64,000 nt of DNA, taken from contig NC_068983.1 in assembly GCF_001194135.2 (NCBI RefSeq), positions 9,331,378-9,395,377 of the forward strand, in the 5' to 3' direction. Within the stretch, counting starts at the first letter, position 1. Each line of letters starts with the position of its first letter. A program made the position numbers and the translations under genes. Below the pieces are notes generated by a model that worked only from the letters and a program-made list of their open reading frames with translations, did no database searches and was not told where the DNA came from. This DNA is from Octopus bimaculoides. Taxonomy: Eukaryota. Positions 40,985 to 55,314 of this stretch are shown here, piece after piece.

Positions 40985-41959
40985 CCTTCCGGTGTACATA
41001 ATAAAATTAACTAGAAAATATTTTTTTTAAATCCTTTAATTTTCCATTCATGATTATCAAATTTTATTTCTCCAAATAAGAATCTGTATCGATCATATAT
41101 ACTGTGGTGCCAACAAGCGATTATTCAATTTTCTTGTTGTTTGTTTTCTTGACATAACAGGAATTTTAATTAGATTCCCTGAAAGTGTAATTAAAATACT
41201 TCTCAGCCAATGGGTGGCCACCTACATCCGTTACTTTACTTCAAAATCATTATAAATCACGAAGGTCATTTCTAAGTGTTGGAACACTGATGTGAGTTCT
41301 AGTAAGGATCCACTTGGAGACCATTGTTTTTTTTTCAATAACATAATAGATCACATCATAAGTCACAGTTATTTCTTTCGCTTTTCAAAATTATGCCATT
41401 TCAATCCCCCACCCACTTACTCAAAGTCGCTTCTTTGATAGAAATATAGAAACTGTGGATACCGAGATCATTTCCATAAATACAATATTTCTGCGGGCCT
41501 TCATCAAAAGCCTAACACTTGAAGCTGAATATTTTAGTTTAATTGTACACCACAGAAACATTCAGTGTTGAACCTGCCCTCATCTCAGATTTTGTTAAAT
41601 GTTTCGTTGATCTACATAAAATCTCTGTTTATGCATTTGGGTTCAAAGTTCTCCAACAAAGAAGAAGTTAAAAGAGGATTTTGCAGACAAGAAATACTTC
41701 TGAAAATCTATATGATACGAGAATGAATATTAATTCAAAAATGAAATTGCCTGAATAGTTTGTAATTATGAGCGGAATACATGTTTAGTAATCAGAAAAC
41801 CGGTCGTTATCTGTCAGTAGAGAACAAGGACTGGACACTTTTGACTGAAAATATGTCAGTTCAATAATGAAGTTTTAATGGCCTGCCGTTACCACAAACT
41901 CTAATGTATTTGTTGAGATCAGTAGCTTGTTTTGTTACAAATATTGCTGATCTCTTAAC

Positions 41960-42040
41960 TGTTCTCCATCAACACTTATTCAAATGGTTTGGCCATGTAT
42001 TTAGAATGGAGAACTCTCGCTTAGAAGTTACGTGACTGAA
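41960..42040 (+). mobile_element. Degraded RTE-clade LINE C-terminal fragment
   Basis: LHQHLFKWFGHVFRMENSRL resembles the RTE motif RLxWxGHVxRMxxxRLP. Confidence 0.65.
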
Positions 42041-44094
42041 ATTATATGCAAACGAAGCATAGCGCAGTTCAGATATCCAATAATCTACCCCAGTGTGTCA
42101 AAACGCAAAAGACGATTGCAACACATTTTAAAGGTGCCACAAGGAAAGCATTTCATAACGGTTGGTTCGTGGCAGTGTAATTTGGCAAATATTTTATGGT
42201 GGGGTTCTCAGTTTTCTAAGACGTCATTCATGAAATGACACTGCAGAATAGAATAGAATTACGTTGTGTGTATGATATATGTGTGTGAGTGAGTGTGTGT
42301 GTTTGTACGTGTGTGTGAGTGTGTGTGTGAACGTATAAAAAATGTAGGAAGACTAGTGGTGTTCTTCATCAGCAACAATTGTATTTATTGGTGTAATGTT
42401 TAAGTTCGCCTGTCAATGACACAAGAGTTTCAAAATTTTGGACAAACGTTTTCTTTTAAACTCTTTATTCGTTCTTTCTCTATAAGAACATAGTCACAGT
42501 GTAGAATGACCAAAATTAGCACTGAATTACTTGTTGCCAATGTGTATGAACGATAGAAACATAGAAGGTGAAAAGAACAGAACTTTGCAGAGGATGAGGT
42601 CGCGAAGGAGAATAAACTTGCAAAGTGTTGGGTGAACTATCGCGCTCCAAATTCGTTCCAGATGAATGGAGATGCATTTTTTTTAATGAAGCACCAGTTC
42701 CGATACAACTGCATAAGGTTATATATAACAGAGACATTTGATCACAGTTCATGTGGGGTCTGGTAAGGATCCACTTTGACACCATTATTTTTTCAATAAC
42801 ATAATTGGATCGTGACACATGTCATGCAATTATCTCTTTCACTTTACAAAATGATGCCATCTCAATCCCCCACGCTCAAAGTTGCTTCTTTGATCGAAAT
42901 ATAATGTGTGACTACCGACATCATTTCCAAAATTACAGTATTTCTGCAGGGTTTTATCAAATATATATCAAAAGAAATTCTTCAGTCATTTCCTGCATTT
43001 CTCCGATGTGTCTAATGTCTCGTGGACTAAGGAATAAAATTTTCTTCTTCCTCGAAGCATATGAATTAAAAACACTTTACTCTTTACCAATAAATACCTG
43101 TTTTATCAACTCATATCACCATTAGTATTTCTGAGTTCTGACATTTTGTGATATTCCAGGAAATCTTAACTCTGCTATGCCTAAATGCCTAAACATAAAT
43201 AAATCAATTGGAACTTGTGTCACGCTGTGAGAATATATTTAACTTTTACTCTTCCACTTACAATTATTTCACACTGAGACGCAACATTCTCATATTCTTT
43301 TACACTTATCCATTTTCCGTCTTCAAACTCAAATTCCGTTTCCTCTTCTCAACCACTTTTTTTTCTATGGTTTCTTTTCACGCGTGGAATCATAACTGAT
43401 TATCTGTCAGTCTAATATTTTCTATCAATCTTCCCTGTGTCAACATTGCACTGATGTAAGAATGAAGAAAACCGTAAGCGCTTTCCCAGGGGGTTTTAAC
43501 CTAAGTGCAGGAAACGATTTTCACAACGGCATACAAACGGCGTACGAACACAACAGCATGTGAACTTTGACAACGGCATATAAAACTATATAATTGCGAC
43601 CAGCTTCAGTTACCCATCCATCCTGCCCACGTTTCATCCAACAGAACATCCAAAATATGAACAATAGCGAAATATATCTCAACCTGAAAGGATGAAATAG
43701 CTGGATTCGAACTCAGCTCGATGGCGACTACAGCAAATGTTTTTACCAGATACTGTAACGCTCAGCCATTCGACCACTGTATATACATACACATATATAT
43801 GTCTCTGTATGCGTGTTTGTTGTATCTATCTATCTCTCTCTATATATATATATATATAATTAACATAATATGGTAAAAATTCGATATTAATTAATATCAA
43901 TTTAATACCAGGAAACTAGCACATTAAAAGAATCAGAAGGTTCTTGTAAAAAAATTTTTAGAGATCCTAAAAAGATTATAGTACTTGTGTATATAAGATT
44001 GACCAGTGACCGGTCTGTCAAAATGCTAGAAGAAGCTCTTCTTCTAGTATATATATATATATATATATAATATTTTTTTATATCCATATAAAGT

Positions 44095-44442
44095 GTAATG
44101 GGTAAAGACCCCCTTCGGTCATGACTGACCATGGGATTGCACCTAGAAAGCCCCCACCCCACCCCGAGACACAAGTTTGGGCAAGGTTGTTAGTGGAAGA
44201 CCAGCAGTCGCTCATGCATACCAGCCTCTCCTCTCTACGCCAGCAGTGTTATCCAAGGGAATGGCAAAGGCGAATACACCTTGGCACCAGTGACGTCACA
44301 ACCCATTTCTACAGCTGAGTAAACTGGAGCAACGTTAAATAAAGTGTCTTGCTGAAGAATATAACACGCAGCCCGCCCGGTCCGGGAATCAAACTCACTA
44401 CCTCATGACTGTAAGCCCGACGCTCTAGCCAATGAACCATGC
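44095..44442 (-). mobile_element. CORE-type SINE (family D), tail type 3
   Basis: Head, CORE-like block (cagcaagacactttatttaacgttgctccagtttactcagctgtagaaatggg) and a tail ending ...catgaccgaaggggtctttacc. Confidence 0.8.
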
Positions 44443-44537
44443 GTATATATGTGTGAGATATGTGTGAGTATACATACACACATACATACATATATATATA
44501 TATATATATCACAATCATACAATATATATGATGAAAA

Positions 44538-44572
<35 letters not shown>

Positions 44573-44585
44573 GAAAAAAATATAG

Positions 44586-44661
<76 letters not shown>

Positions 44662-46634
44662 GCAACATATCATCTTATCACAGTTTACTTCTGTGTGAAA
44701 AATTAAACAATATTTTAGGTGATAATAATTCATTTATATATATATTTCTATATTTATTTCGTTACTGATTGTTCGTTGTTTACATTTGTTACGATAACCG
44801 CAAGCTATTATAACTTTAGCATTCTAGTGTCACAGTTCAATACTTTCATATTACAGCTTGGTAAATTATTTATATAAATTATGATCAACAAACTGATATC
44901 CATTCTAGGCTGGAACAATTCTTGTGAAATGAAGGTTTATGTCTACTGAAATTTATTACACTCACCTGACAGGGGAAAAAAATCGTTGTTGGTGAATTAG
45001 TTTTCGTATAAAGGCTATTTTGTATTACTATTGTTACTGTGAGTAATAGTCTCGAATTTTGACACGAGGCCAGCAATTTTAGTGGGAGTGGTAAGGCTAT
45101 CAACTCTAGTACTCAACTAGCATTTCTTTTATCGATTCTGACAAATGAAAGTGAAAGTCGACCTTGGCGAAATTTTAGTTCAGATTTTAATATTAGGCCA
45201 GTAATTTTACGGGGAGGGGATCAATCGATTATATTGACCACACTGCTAACCTCGTACTTACTTTATCGATTCTGAAAGAATGAAAAGCTATGTCGATATC
45301 AGCGGAATTTGAACTCATTAATTGTAACGAATATTAGCACAAGGCTGGTAAATTTCAAGGACGAGGGAAAAGTAAAGGTCGTAAGTTATATCTATGACAG
45401 CGCATACATAAATGCCTAACGTGGTCAGCCATTTCACCTTGCTCTCAGTTTTAAAATAAACTAATTATTCTGTGGATCTTGCCCCAGTATATGGATGAGA
45501 CAGCATTCTCGACAATAGGGACAACGGTTTTTTCTTCGTGGACTAAATAAACGATTCATTGTAGATGCTGTTCTTTTGCGATTTTCTTTCTCTTGAATAT
45601 AATGACCGGAAAATATGGAATATATATTATTTTCTTCTTATTTTAGTCAAGAGAGAAGGTGAACCACATAGCAGTTTACAGAATTACAGTACTTCCGAGA
45701 CTGCTGAAATTTAAAGGGAAAGTACCTCGAAAGTGGAGCCTTGGGCTAAATAGTAGCAACAATTAAGCACTCTAAATGTTCCCAAGATACCCATAGTGAC
45801 ATATGAACTAAGGAAGCAAAGAAAGGAAGCTAATACGACGAGGTATGGAGCCAAGCACTCACAAAATACCGCCGCTCTGGCTTCATAGCATTTATTTTGA
45901 CTCCGAAATGACAGAAGAAGCAAACTCAACCTCGATAAGATTTGACTCAGAGTACAAAGATTTGAAACGAACATTGAGCGATACTGTGTGTTAGATGCTC
46001 TAACGCTTCTACCAATTAGCCAGTTAATTTTATAATAAAATTTTACCAATTAGGTACCTTCTCTGCCAATTAGTTTACATTTAAACCTTGTCAGTTTTTG
46101 CAAGCAAATGGATAACTAATAGCTTGCTCGATATTTTCTTTATTTAACAAGGAAAGCGTTTTCATGTGTGCAATATTGTTAGGTGAGTTGTCAGTTTTGC
46201 TAACTTCACTAATGTTTAAACTAGAATTAAAAAACAAAACGAGTTATCTTTTTTTTCTGTTTTATTTCTTTTTCCTTCAAAAGAATGGCAGTATCTTCTT
46301 TAATAATATTTTTGTTCAGTTTCTGTTTTATTTCTGTTTACAATTTTTGCAACAGCTAGGTCGTTTGCTTATTGGGAGATGAGGTGTGTTTCGACTTCAC
46401 GAAAAAAAGCTGTTTAAAATATCTCTTTCTCTCGCTTAATAAGCGGCGAAAAAAAATTAAGAAAGTTAGTACTCACCTTTCTTGAATTAATTGCAAGCAA
46501 ATTAAAGTAGAAACATTTTCATCCAATTTACGAAAAATATTCTCTTAGATTAATGCATGATAGAACTACAGCAGGAGATGATGTCCTCTTAATGTTAGAT
46601 ACAGTAATAATAATCGTAATAATAACATTTTCTA

Positions 46635-47146
46635 AGGCAGCGAACTAGCAGAAACGTTAAGCACGCCGGTCGAAATGCTTAGCGGTATTTCGTCCGCCGT
46701 TACGTTCCGAGTCCGAATTCCGTCGATTTCGACTTTGTCTTTCATCCTTTTGGGGTTGATAAATTAAGTACCAGCAATTTCGGAGAGGGTTTACGTCGAA
46801 TACAAGGACGCCAGTACTTCATTGGTACTTAATTTAACGACCCCGAAATGATGAAAGTTAAAGTAGAACTGTGCGAAATTTGAACTCACAAGGCAAAGAC
46901 GGACGAAATGCCGCTGAACATCTTTCTCTAGCGTGTTAAAGTTTCAGCCAACTCCCTGAAAATGATAATAATAGTAGTAACAGTCCTTTCAACAAAAAGC
47001 ACAAGGCCTGACATTTTGAGAGAGGGGACAATTCTTTCAAATAAAAGGCAAAGTTGACCTCGGCAGAATTTGAAATCAGAATGTAAAACCGGACGAAATA
47101 CCCTAAGCATATTTCCTAGCACTAACGATTTTGCCAGCTCACCAAC

Positions 47147-47191
<45 letters not shown>

Positions 47192-47580
47192 TCTAGTATA
47201 GGTACAAGGCCTGAAATTTGGTTGGGGAGACCACCAGTCGATTACATCGATCCCAGTACATAACCCCCAAAGGATGAAAGGCAAAGTCGACCCAAGTGGC
47301 ATTTGAACTCAGAATGTAGCGACGGCCAGCATTTCGTCCAGCGTGCTAACGATTCTGCCAGCTCACCACCTTAATAATAATGATGATGATTTCTGTTATA
47401 AGCACAAGTCCTGAAATTTGCGAGGGAAGGAAGTAGTCGATTACATCGACCTCAGTGTTTCACTGGTACTTAATCTATCCGCTCCGGAAGGATGAATTTG
47501 AAATCAGAACGTAGCGGCAGGCGATATATTGCTAAGCATTTCGCCCGGCGTGCTAACGTTTCTGCTAGCTCGCCGCCGTA
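46635..47580. mobile_element. Cluster of five family A SINEs (one +, four -) with (AAT)n spacers
   Basis: Bodies at about 46635(+), 46790(-), 46990(-), 47190(-) and 47390(-). Confidence 0.8.
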
Positions 47581-47619
47581 AGAATCATAGTTATTATCAT
47601 TATTATTATTATTATTATT

Positions 47620-48137
47620 CAGTGAGAGAGCAGTGCATGCATCAAAATGACACTGGGGTACAAATAAACGAAGTCTAATATACCCATCATGACTGTTCGT
47701 CTGATAAGGCATCACTGGGCACATGCATCACTACCACATGTGCACAACATGGTGATCTCATATCAAGATAAACAGTGCATGACCTTGCAGCTGGGGCCTA
47801 GTTACAATTTTCTACACGTCGTGTAGCCCATCTCACTCAAGAGGTCCCTGAATACGGTTTGTTTTAAGGATGATGAATGAAACACCCATGTTCCGTCTCA
47901 GCACATGGCTATGACGCTCCTCCGCTACTTCTGCTCGTGATCAGAGATGCACATATCGTCAGTCACCAAAGGACATGCTCAACTTGTTATGGTCAAACGA
48001 TAGACAAGCAAATCTGTAGTATTGAGCAGAATATTTGCTGTAGCCCATCTTTTGTACCATGACAAAAACACTGTACATGATAACACTTCCAATCAATTAA
48101 GATCAGAAGCCATGAGAGCCACTGCCTGATAGTGCAT
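47620..48137 (-). mobile_element. ~520-bp unclassified element bounded on both sides by (ATT)n
   Basis: Non-coding block between ATT runs at 47599-47619 and 48138-48155; minus-strand end ...ctcactg(aat)n. Confidence 0.5.
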
Positions 48138-48183
48138 ATTATTATTATTATTATTCAGTAGTTTTATTTTTATAACGTGCTTT

Positions 48184-48283
48184 NNNNNNNNNNNNNNNNN
48201 NNNNNNNNNNNNNNNNNNNNNNNNNNNNNNNNNNNNNNNNNNNNNNNNNNNNNNNNNNNNNNNNNNNNNNNNNNNNNNNNNNN
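48184..48283. other. Assembly gap (100 N)
   Basis: N run. Confidence 1.
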
Positions 48284-49254
48284 TATTTATATATATATAT
48301 ATACATGCATACATATATATATATATACACGCGTACACACGCGCATACACACACACGCGTGCACACGTTCACAATAGATATAATGTGAAATTATTCCACA
48401 CAATTTAGGAGCATTTCTGACAATTTAATTGGGACACCAAGATAATGGCAAATTTTCTTACAACAAGGAAGTTCAAGTTGGTACATGGTGGCAATGGCTA
48501 ATTTGAAGTGAAGTAGACCAGGTCGAATAACTGGTTTGGGTTGGGCGATCAGCTTTTCTCTTTTACGAAATCCCTTGTATCTTCTTCCAATATTTCTCGA
48601 GTATCTTGCTGCCTTGTTATTATTATTGTTGTTAGGATCATCCTGCCATTATTTTCTGACGTGGCGTTCCGCGGATTAAATTCCCCAATGTGTTCTTTTA
48701 GGTAGCAGACAGCATTTTATAGAAGATTTGACCGATATTGTTTGCAGATCAAGCGACGGCATAGAGGCCTCACCGCAATTAAATGAAGCGTAAGTCGTGA
48801 GAATGTGTGAACATTTTTGACTTCCAGTAAATTTCATAAAATCTTAAGGCTGAGAGCAGTAAACTAGCACAGTAGTTAAAAATGTCGAATTGAATGCTTT
48901 GAGGTATGCAATCAGACTTTCTGCGCACTGATGCCGAACACTCACGCGGCCAAATTTCCTTCATCCTTTCAAGGTTGATAAATAAAATGCTCAAAGGAAG
49001 CAATAATACCCTCTTTTGTGCAACACGAAAAATCCTACATAGACAAGTCTTTAAAAATCTCTTCTATGCATGCAGAATGCTTTCGGATCTCTAAAGTCAA
49101 AATCTACGGTATACATGTAATGTTACCCAAAGTATATACAATGGCCTCTTTCACAGAATACTCTAATGTCCACAGCAGCAAAGTATTTGATTTCATACAT
49201 TATTACTCATGTATAATCAATATATTCAGCAACCTGTCAAGAAATATTATAAAA

Positions 49255-49670
49255 TGCTGACTAGAAATGCATAGCGGTATTTCGCCAGCCGCTACGTTCT
49301 GAGTTCTAATTCCGCCGAGGTTGACTTTGCTTTCATCCTATCGGGTTTGATCAGTTAAGTACCAGTGTAACACTGGAGTCGATGTAATCAACTACTCCCT
49401 TCCCCAACATTTCAGGCCTTTTGCTTTTAGTAGAAAGGATTATTATTTATTCTTAAGGGGATGAGCTGGCAGAGTCGTTAGCACGGCAGACAAAATGCTT
49501 AGCAGCATTTCGACCATCATTACATTCTGAGTTCAAATTCTGCCAAGGTTGACATTGCTTTTTAAACTTTCCCGTCTCCATTTAATAAATACCAGTTGAA
49601 CACTGGGGTCGATGTAAACCGATTATCTCCTTCACCCAGAATTGCAGGTCTTGTGCCTATAAAGGATTGT
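49255..49670 (+). mobile_element. Two tandem family A SINEs, tail A
   Basis: Family A bodies at about 49255-49440 and 49455-49670. Confidence 0.8.
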
Positions 49671-49979
49671 TATAAGCACTCTCCCAACAAGTAAAACAAC
49701 ATCTCCTTACGACGGGCTTCAACATTATTCTCAACAATAATATTCCGAGCCAAGTTTTGCTACGTTTCTAAACTAAATGAGAAAAAGACGCGCTGTGCAT
49801 CTGTTACGTTTTCTTCGGTGAACATATAACAGACGAACATAAACTCCAGACAATTTCAAGGTACTGACAAGTAATAACCGAAAGAAAAGGAATCAGTGTA
49901 TTTAAGGAGATGAAATAACGATTACCAGTCAGCTGAGAGCATAGAAGTATTGCAGCTTCACACACGCACACACGCGTGA

Positions 49980-50023
<44 letters not shown>

Positions 50024-50348
50024 NNNNNNNNNNNNNNNNNNNNNNNNNNNNNNNNNNNNNNNNNNNNNNNNNNNNNNNNNNNNNNNNNNNNNNNNNNNNN
50101 NNNNNNNNNNNNNNNNNNNNNNNNNNNNNNNNNNNNNNNNNNNNNNNNNNNNNNNNNNNNNNNNNNNNNNNNNNNNNNNNNNNNNNNNNNNNNNNNNNNN
50201 NNNNNNNNNNNNNNNNNNNNNNNNNNNNNNNNNNNNNNNNNNNNNNNNNNNNNNNNNNNNNNNNNNNNNNNNNNNNNNNNNNNNNNNNNNNNNNNNNNNN
50301 NNNNNNNNNNNNNNNNNNNNNNNNNNNNNNNNNNNNNNNNNNNNNNNN
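50024..50348. other. Assembly gap within (TA)n
   Basis: N run. Confidence 1.
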
Positions 50349-50387
<39 letters not shown>

Positions 50388-50880
50388 CGTGCATACATAA
50401 ATACATACATACATATACACGCGCACGTACACCCACACATACCCCCACACACATATATAATATACGTAGGTGTGTGAAATTTAATTAACTTTATTGCTGG
50501 TGGAACCTGAATTGAACGGCAAATAGATGTTTACATTTGTAAACAAAACGAAACGTGCTAATACAAAGGCAGGATATAATTGTGAAAATTCTTAAGAGAT
50601 TATCAGAATATGAATGTATAGATTTTAGAATGCAACGGCTAGTTACTCACTTGTAGTTTCTCACGTATTAATATATTTTGTATGAACTCGTGCGTGTGCC
50701 TGTGAGTGTGTGGTTATTTATATTCACACATACATACACACGCGCACACATACACACGCGTGCACACATATATACATACACAATACATATATAAATACAT
50801 GCATACATATATTGATAATTATCTAATTCATCTCTAAGTATGTAACTGTCTATATATCTACCTTAGCATGTTTGTCTCTA

Positions 50881-50959
<79 letters not shown>

Positions 50960-51324
50960 CTCTGTCAGTCTATACATACATACATACATACACAGCACAT
51001 AAATACATAGCACATAACTACATATGCATACGCCATGACATGAAAATATATACATAAAAACGCATCCATCAAACAAACATACAAATCTGCGCATACACTA
51101 ACACCAAATACCGCACACACACACATATACACAAATACGAAGATGGTGATAAAAGTTCCAATGAAGGAGCCTTGAGTCTATGTTAGAGTCCGGCTCTTTC
51201 TCTATTGACAAGAAATACAGAAATGAAACTGATTGATAACATACATACATACATACATACAAATATGCATGTATGTACACACACAGTCACGCGCACACGA
51301 ATACACCCATGCACACGCACGCAT

Positions 51325-51356
<32 letters not shown>

Positions 51357-51528
51357 TAGAATAGTGACATTTAAAGTAGTTAGGACTATAAATAATTCTA
51401 GATAAATATTCTGTTAAAAGAACCAATTGGGCAACAAACGCTGACGGCTACACACGAGATTCGAACCAACATTCCCTGTAAAACTGTCAATCCAAAGTTT
51501 TATTAAACCAAATATTTTCTCGCTATTA

Positions 51529-51672
51529 GGACGGTGAGCTGGCAGAATCGATAACACGCTGGGCAAAATGCTTAGCGGCATTTTGTCTGTCGTTACGTTC
51601 TGAGTTCAAATTCCGCCGAGGTCGACTTTGCATTTCATCCTTTCGGGGTCGATTAAATAAGTACCAGTTACG
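51529..51672 (+). mobile_element. Family A SINE, 3'-truncated at the mariner junction
   Basis: Good match to the family A consensus until gtaccagttacgcac. Confidence 0.9.
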
Positions 51673-52417
51673 CACGCCTCGTTGCCACGCTCAGTCTTAG
51701 CTTGGCAGTCGTATCTGCTTGAGCTCCCTCTTGACGCTACCACCAAACGTGAAGTTGGCGCAGTTCTTTGGGTTTTGAATGCAAAAAGCATTAAACCTAT
51801 TGAAATTCATCGCTAATTAACGGAAGTGTACGGCGAATCGTGCATGGATGTCAAAAAGTTCCGCAGGTGGTGTAGGGAGTTTGCAACTTGTCGTACTGAA
51901 ATTCATGACGAAGAAAGAAACGGGTGGCCATCAATTTCCGACGAGACAGTCGCGAAGGTTGATCAAATCCTGCGTGAAAATCAACGGATCATTCTGGATG
52001 ATCTCCGCGTTTTGGTTCCTGATATTTCCCGAAGCACTATCCATAGGGTTTTGAGTGAAAAGTTGCAATATCCTGTGTGCGCAAAATGGGTTCCACGATT
52101 GCTCACAGAAAACCATAAACGGCAACACAACTTATAGTCCAGACTTGTCACTCTGTGATTACCACCTGTTCCTTAAATGGTTAGAACATTTCGCTGGAAC
52201 GCGCTTCAGCAACGACAACGAGGTGAAAGATGAAGTTCAATGCTCCCTCAACTACATGGCGGTATGACAGAGGCATACAAAAACTGCCCCTGCATCTACA
52301 AAAATGCATCGACCGAAATGGCGATTATGTAGAAAAATGATGTAAACAGCTTGACAATAAACGTATCTGTGATTTCTAAATATTTTTGTATATCTTACTT
52401 TTGGGATTACCTTCGTA
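51673..52417 (+). mobile_element. Internally deleted mariner element with right TIR
   Basis: HTH region (YGESCMDVKKFRRWCREF..., CAKWVPRLL) joined at 52130/52131 to YSPDLSLCDYHLF...KCIDRNGDYVEK*; terminus cttacttttgggattaccttcgta. Confidence 0.9.
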
Positions 52418-52901
52418 TTTTCCATTGGTATTCCCTGTCCAATTATGAATATGTACATTAAAAAGGAAATTATTCTTAAAATCATTATTTTGAATGTTTA
52501 TTTTCTGTTTTCTGTAAACGAAAATTAATTTAGTAAAATATACAAAGAATTTTTAAATTTTAGAAGTCAGGATGCTCTTTATTTAAATGGAATATTTGAG
52601 AAAAATGTTTTTTACGAGTATTATAAGTAGATTCACTTTATGCGGTTTCCACTTTAACATCGCTTAGATGTACTTGTACAGTGTCTTCTTGAAAATATTG
52701 GTCATATCTCAGGTAACGAACTGTCAGATCCGTTAGCTTGCCGGACCAAACGCTTAGTAGAATTTCATCCGTCTTTACGTTCTGAGTTCGAATTCCGCCG
52801 AGCTTAGATTTGTCTTTCATCCTTTCGCAATGGATAAAATAAAAACCAGTTGAGCACTGGGGGTGATGTAACCGACTGAGCTCCTTCATCAAACTTGCTG
52901 G

Positions 52902-53092
52902 CCTTTAGTCGAGCAGATCGACCCCAGGACTTTTTCTTTGTAAGCCTAGTACTTATTCTATCGGTCTCTTTTGCCGAACCGCTAAGTTACGGGGACGTAA
53001 ACACACCAGCATCGGTTGTCAAGCGATGGAAATCGAAACCACGATCCTACGACCGCGAGTCCGCTGCCCTAACCACTGGGCAATTGCGCCTC
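52902..53092 (-). mobile_element. Chimeric SINE: family B tRNA head fused to the family C 3' half
   Basis: Minus strand gaggcgcaattgcccagtggttagggcagcgg...gtttcgattt|ccatcgcttgacaaccgatgctgg... Confidence 0.8.
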
Positions 53093-53140
53093 GAGTGGTC
53101 TCAGTAAAAAGCATTGAGCGAACGTATAAATGGATAAATG

Positions 53141-53205
<65 letters not shown>

Positions 53206-53979
53206 CTTTGTATGTATAAAACTGATACATTTGTATATATTATGCAAAACTCAAGTTGTTTGACGGCAATGAAATGAATTTTGATATTAAAAAAATAAAG
53301 GTCATTAGCTATGGTCAAAATTATATAATATTGTTAATAAGCATTTTCACTGTACGTTACCATCATATGGAACAAAGGGGAGAAGGTTCAAATGACAGAC
53401 TATATATGTAAGCCGGTTTTTCCTCGTGTCATAGTTAACGGATTTATAGAGAAGCGCAAATCTTAGTTTAGCATTCCTACACTCGCTAATACAGATGTTT
53501 TGTGAATATTGCTATTTGTGTTCAATCAAAATAGAACCCCGTTGAGATTTCTATTGTAAAATATATTTTGGTCATCTGAAATAGGAATCAAATTCTTTGC
53601 TGTTGTTTTTAAATTAATCTCCCATAAGGAATTTTATCTTCTAGTTTCCAAGATAATGTCAGTTATTCGGAGTTCTCAAATCATTATATTTCCAAATGTG
53701 TAATTCTATCGTCTCTCTATCAATATATATATGTAGCATACAGAAGGTTTCCTTGAGGTGTTTCCTCTCAGCTGCTGATATAAATAATTGTTTCCACTGT
53801 AGGCACAGGGCCTGGAATTTTATGGGAGGAGTTATTCAATCATATCGACCACATTTCTCAGCAGGTACTTATTGTACCGCAAAGCATTTTATCCAGCGTG
53901 CTAAGGATTCTGTCAGTCGCCGCCTTATTTCCTGATACAAATAACTAGTGTTATTTACTTCAACTTTATTTCCGTATAT

Positions 53980-54354
53980 GGAGGCGCAATGGCCCAGTGG
54001 TTAGGGCAGCGGACTCGCGGTCACAGGATTACGGCTTCGATTCCCAGACCGGGCGTTGTGAGTGTTTATTGGGCGAAAACACCTAAAACTCCACAAGGAT
54101 TGTGGCGAACCCTGCTGTACTCTTTCACCCAAACTTTCTCTCATTCTTACTCCCTGTTTCTGTTGTGCCTGTAATTCAAAGGGCCAGCCCTGTCACACTC
54201 TGGGTCACGCTGAATATCCCCGAGAACTACGTTAAGGGTACACGTGTCTGTGGAGTACTCAGCCACTTACACGTTAATTTCACGACCAGGCTGTTCCGTT
54301 GATCGGATCAACTGGAACCCTCGTCGTCGTAAGCGACGGAGTGCCAACAACAAC
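53980..54354 (+). mobile_element. tRNA-derived SINE family B, full copy, 12-bp TSD
   Basis: A-box tggcccagtgg, B-box-like gcttcgattcc, (CAA)n tail; TSD atttccgtatat at 53968-53979 and 54355-54366. Confidence 0.92.
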
Positions 54355-54641
54355 ATTTCCGTATATACTGGCCATCTCAAAATCTACCCAGGTGACGTAA
54401 TCATGCTTCGTTGACAAGGGCAACAAGATGGAAACATGCATTCTTTTCAACCATAACCGTAACACAATTCACTCCTAATCGTGTTTATTTTCTAAACATT
54501 TGAATTAGGAGATATGAGCAGATATTGCTTGTAAGGACATTTTGAACATCTTTGAATTTGCAAACTTTCTTCTCATTTGCTTGAGATGGTTGGATGATCT
54601 ATTGTGTAGCATCACAACGATCATTCCTGGCAATTCGAACT

Positions 54642-54675
<34 letters not shown>

Positions 54676-55225
54676 AAAAAATAACGTCGACCACTAACGT
54701 GGACAATTAATGCGCTAGAAATAGATCACATCTTGTGTCTATTAAGACCTAAAAAGTTCTCAACATGAAATATAGCAGCATACCAAAAACGTGAGATTGC
54801 AGATAATATTTCTGAATCTCTTTGATTCTTTAAATGTGCTGGCCCCCTGATAATTAATCGATATTAATTAATATATTAATATATGACTAATTACCAGATC
54901 TTATAATAATAATAATAATAATAATAATANNNNNNNNNNNNNNNNNNNNTATATATATATATATGTATGTATGTATATACACTTCACACATACACACACA
55001 CACATCAAAAGGCATAAATGTACTTCCAAAGCCATAGGCTCATAGGGCCGGTTTCCCGGGCTCTGTGGCGCATTTTTTCAACAGAACTAAATACATTGTC
55101 AGCTAAATAGACTAATAGAGCAACATGAAATGACCTTTTGCTCAGGGATACCTGCGTATCACGGGTCAAAAATCGAAACCACAATTTTACGATTATGATT
55201 GCAATATATATATATATGTGTGTGT

Positions 55226-55314
<89 letters not shown>

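Noticed and set aside
46465-46600. Strong minus-strand donor AAG|GTGAGTA
   Set aside because: The upstream candidate exon has stops in all three frames; a non-coding exon cannot be supported.
53980-54055. tRNA genes in SINE heads (also 61099-61172)
   Set aside because: Imperfect acceptor and T stems, and embedded in TSD-flanked repeats; SINE heads, not tRNA genes.
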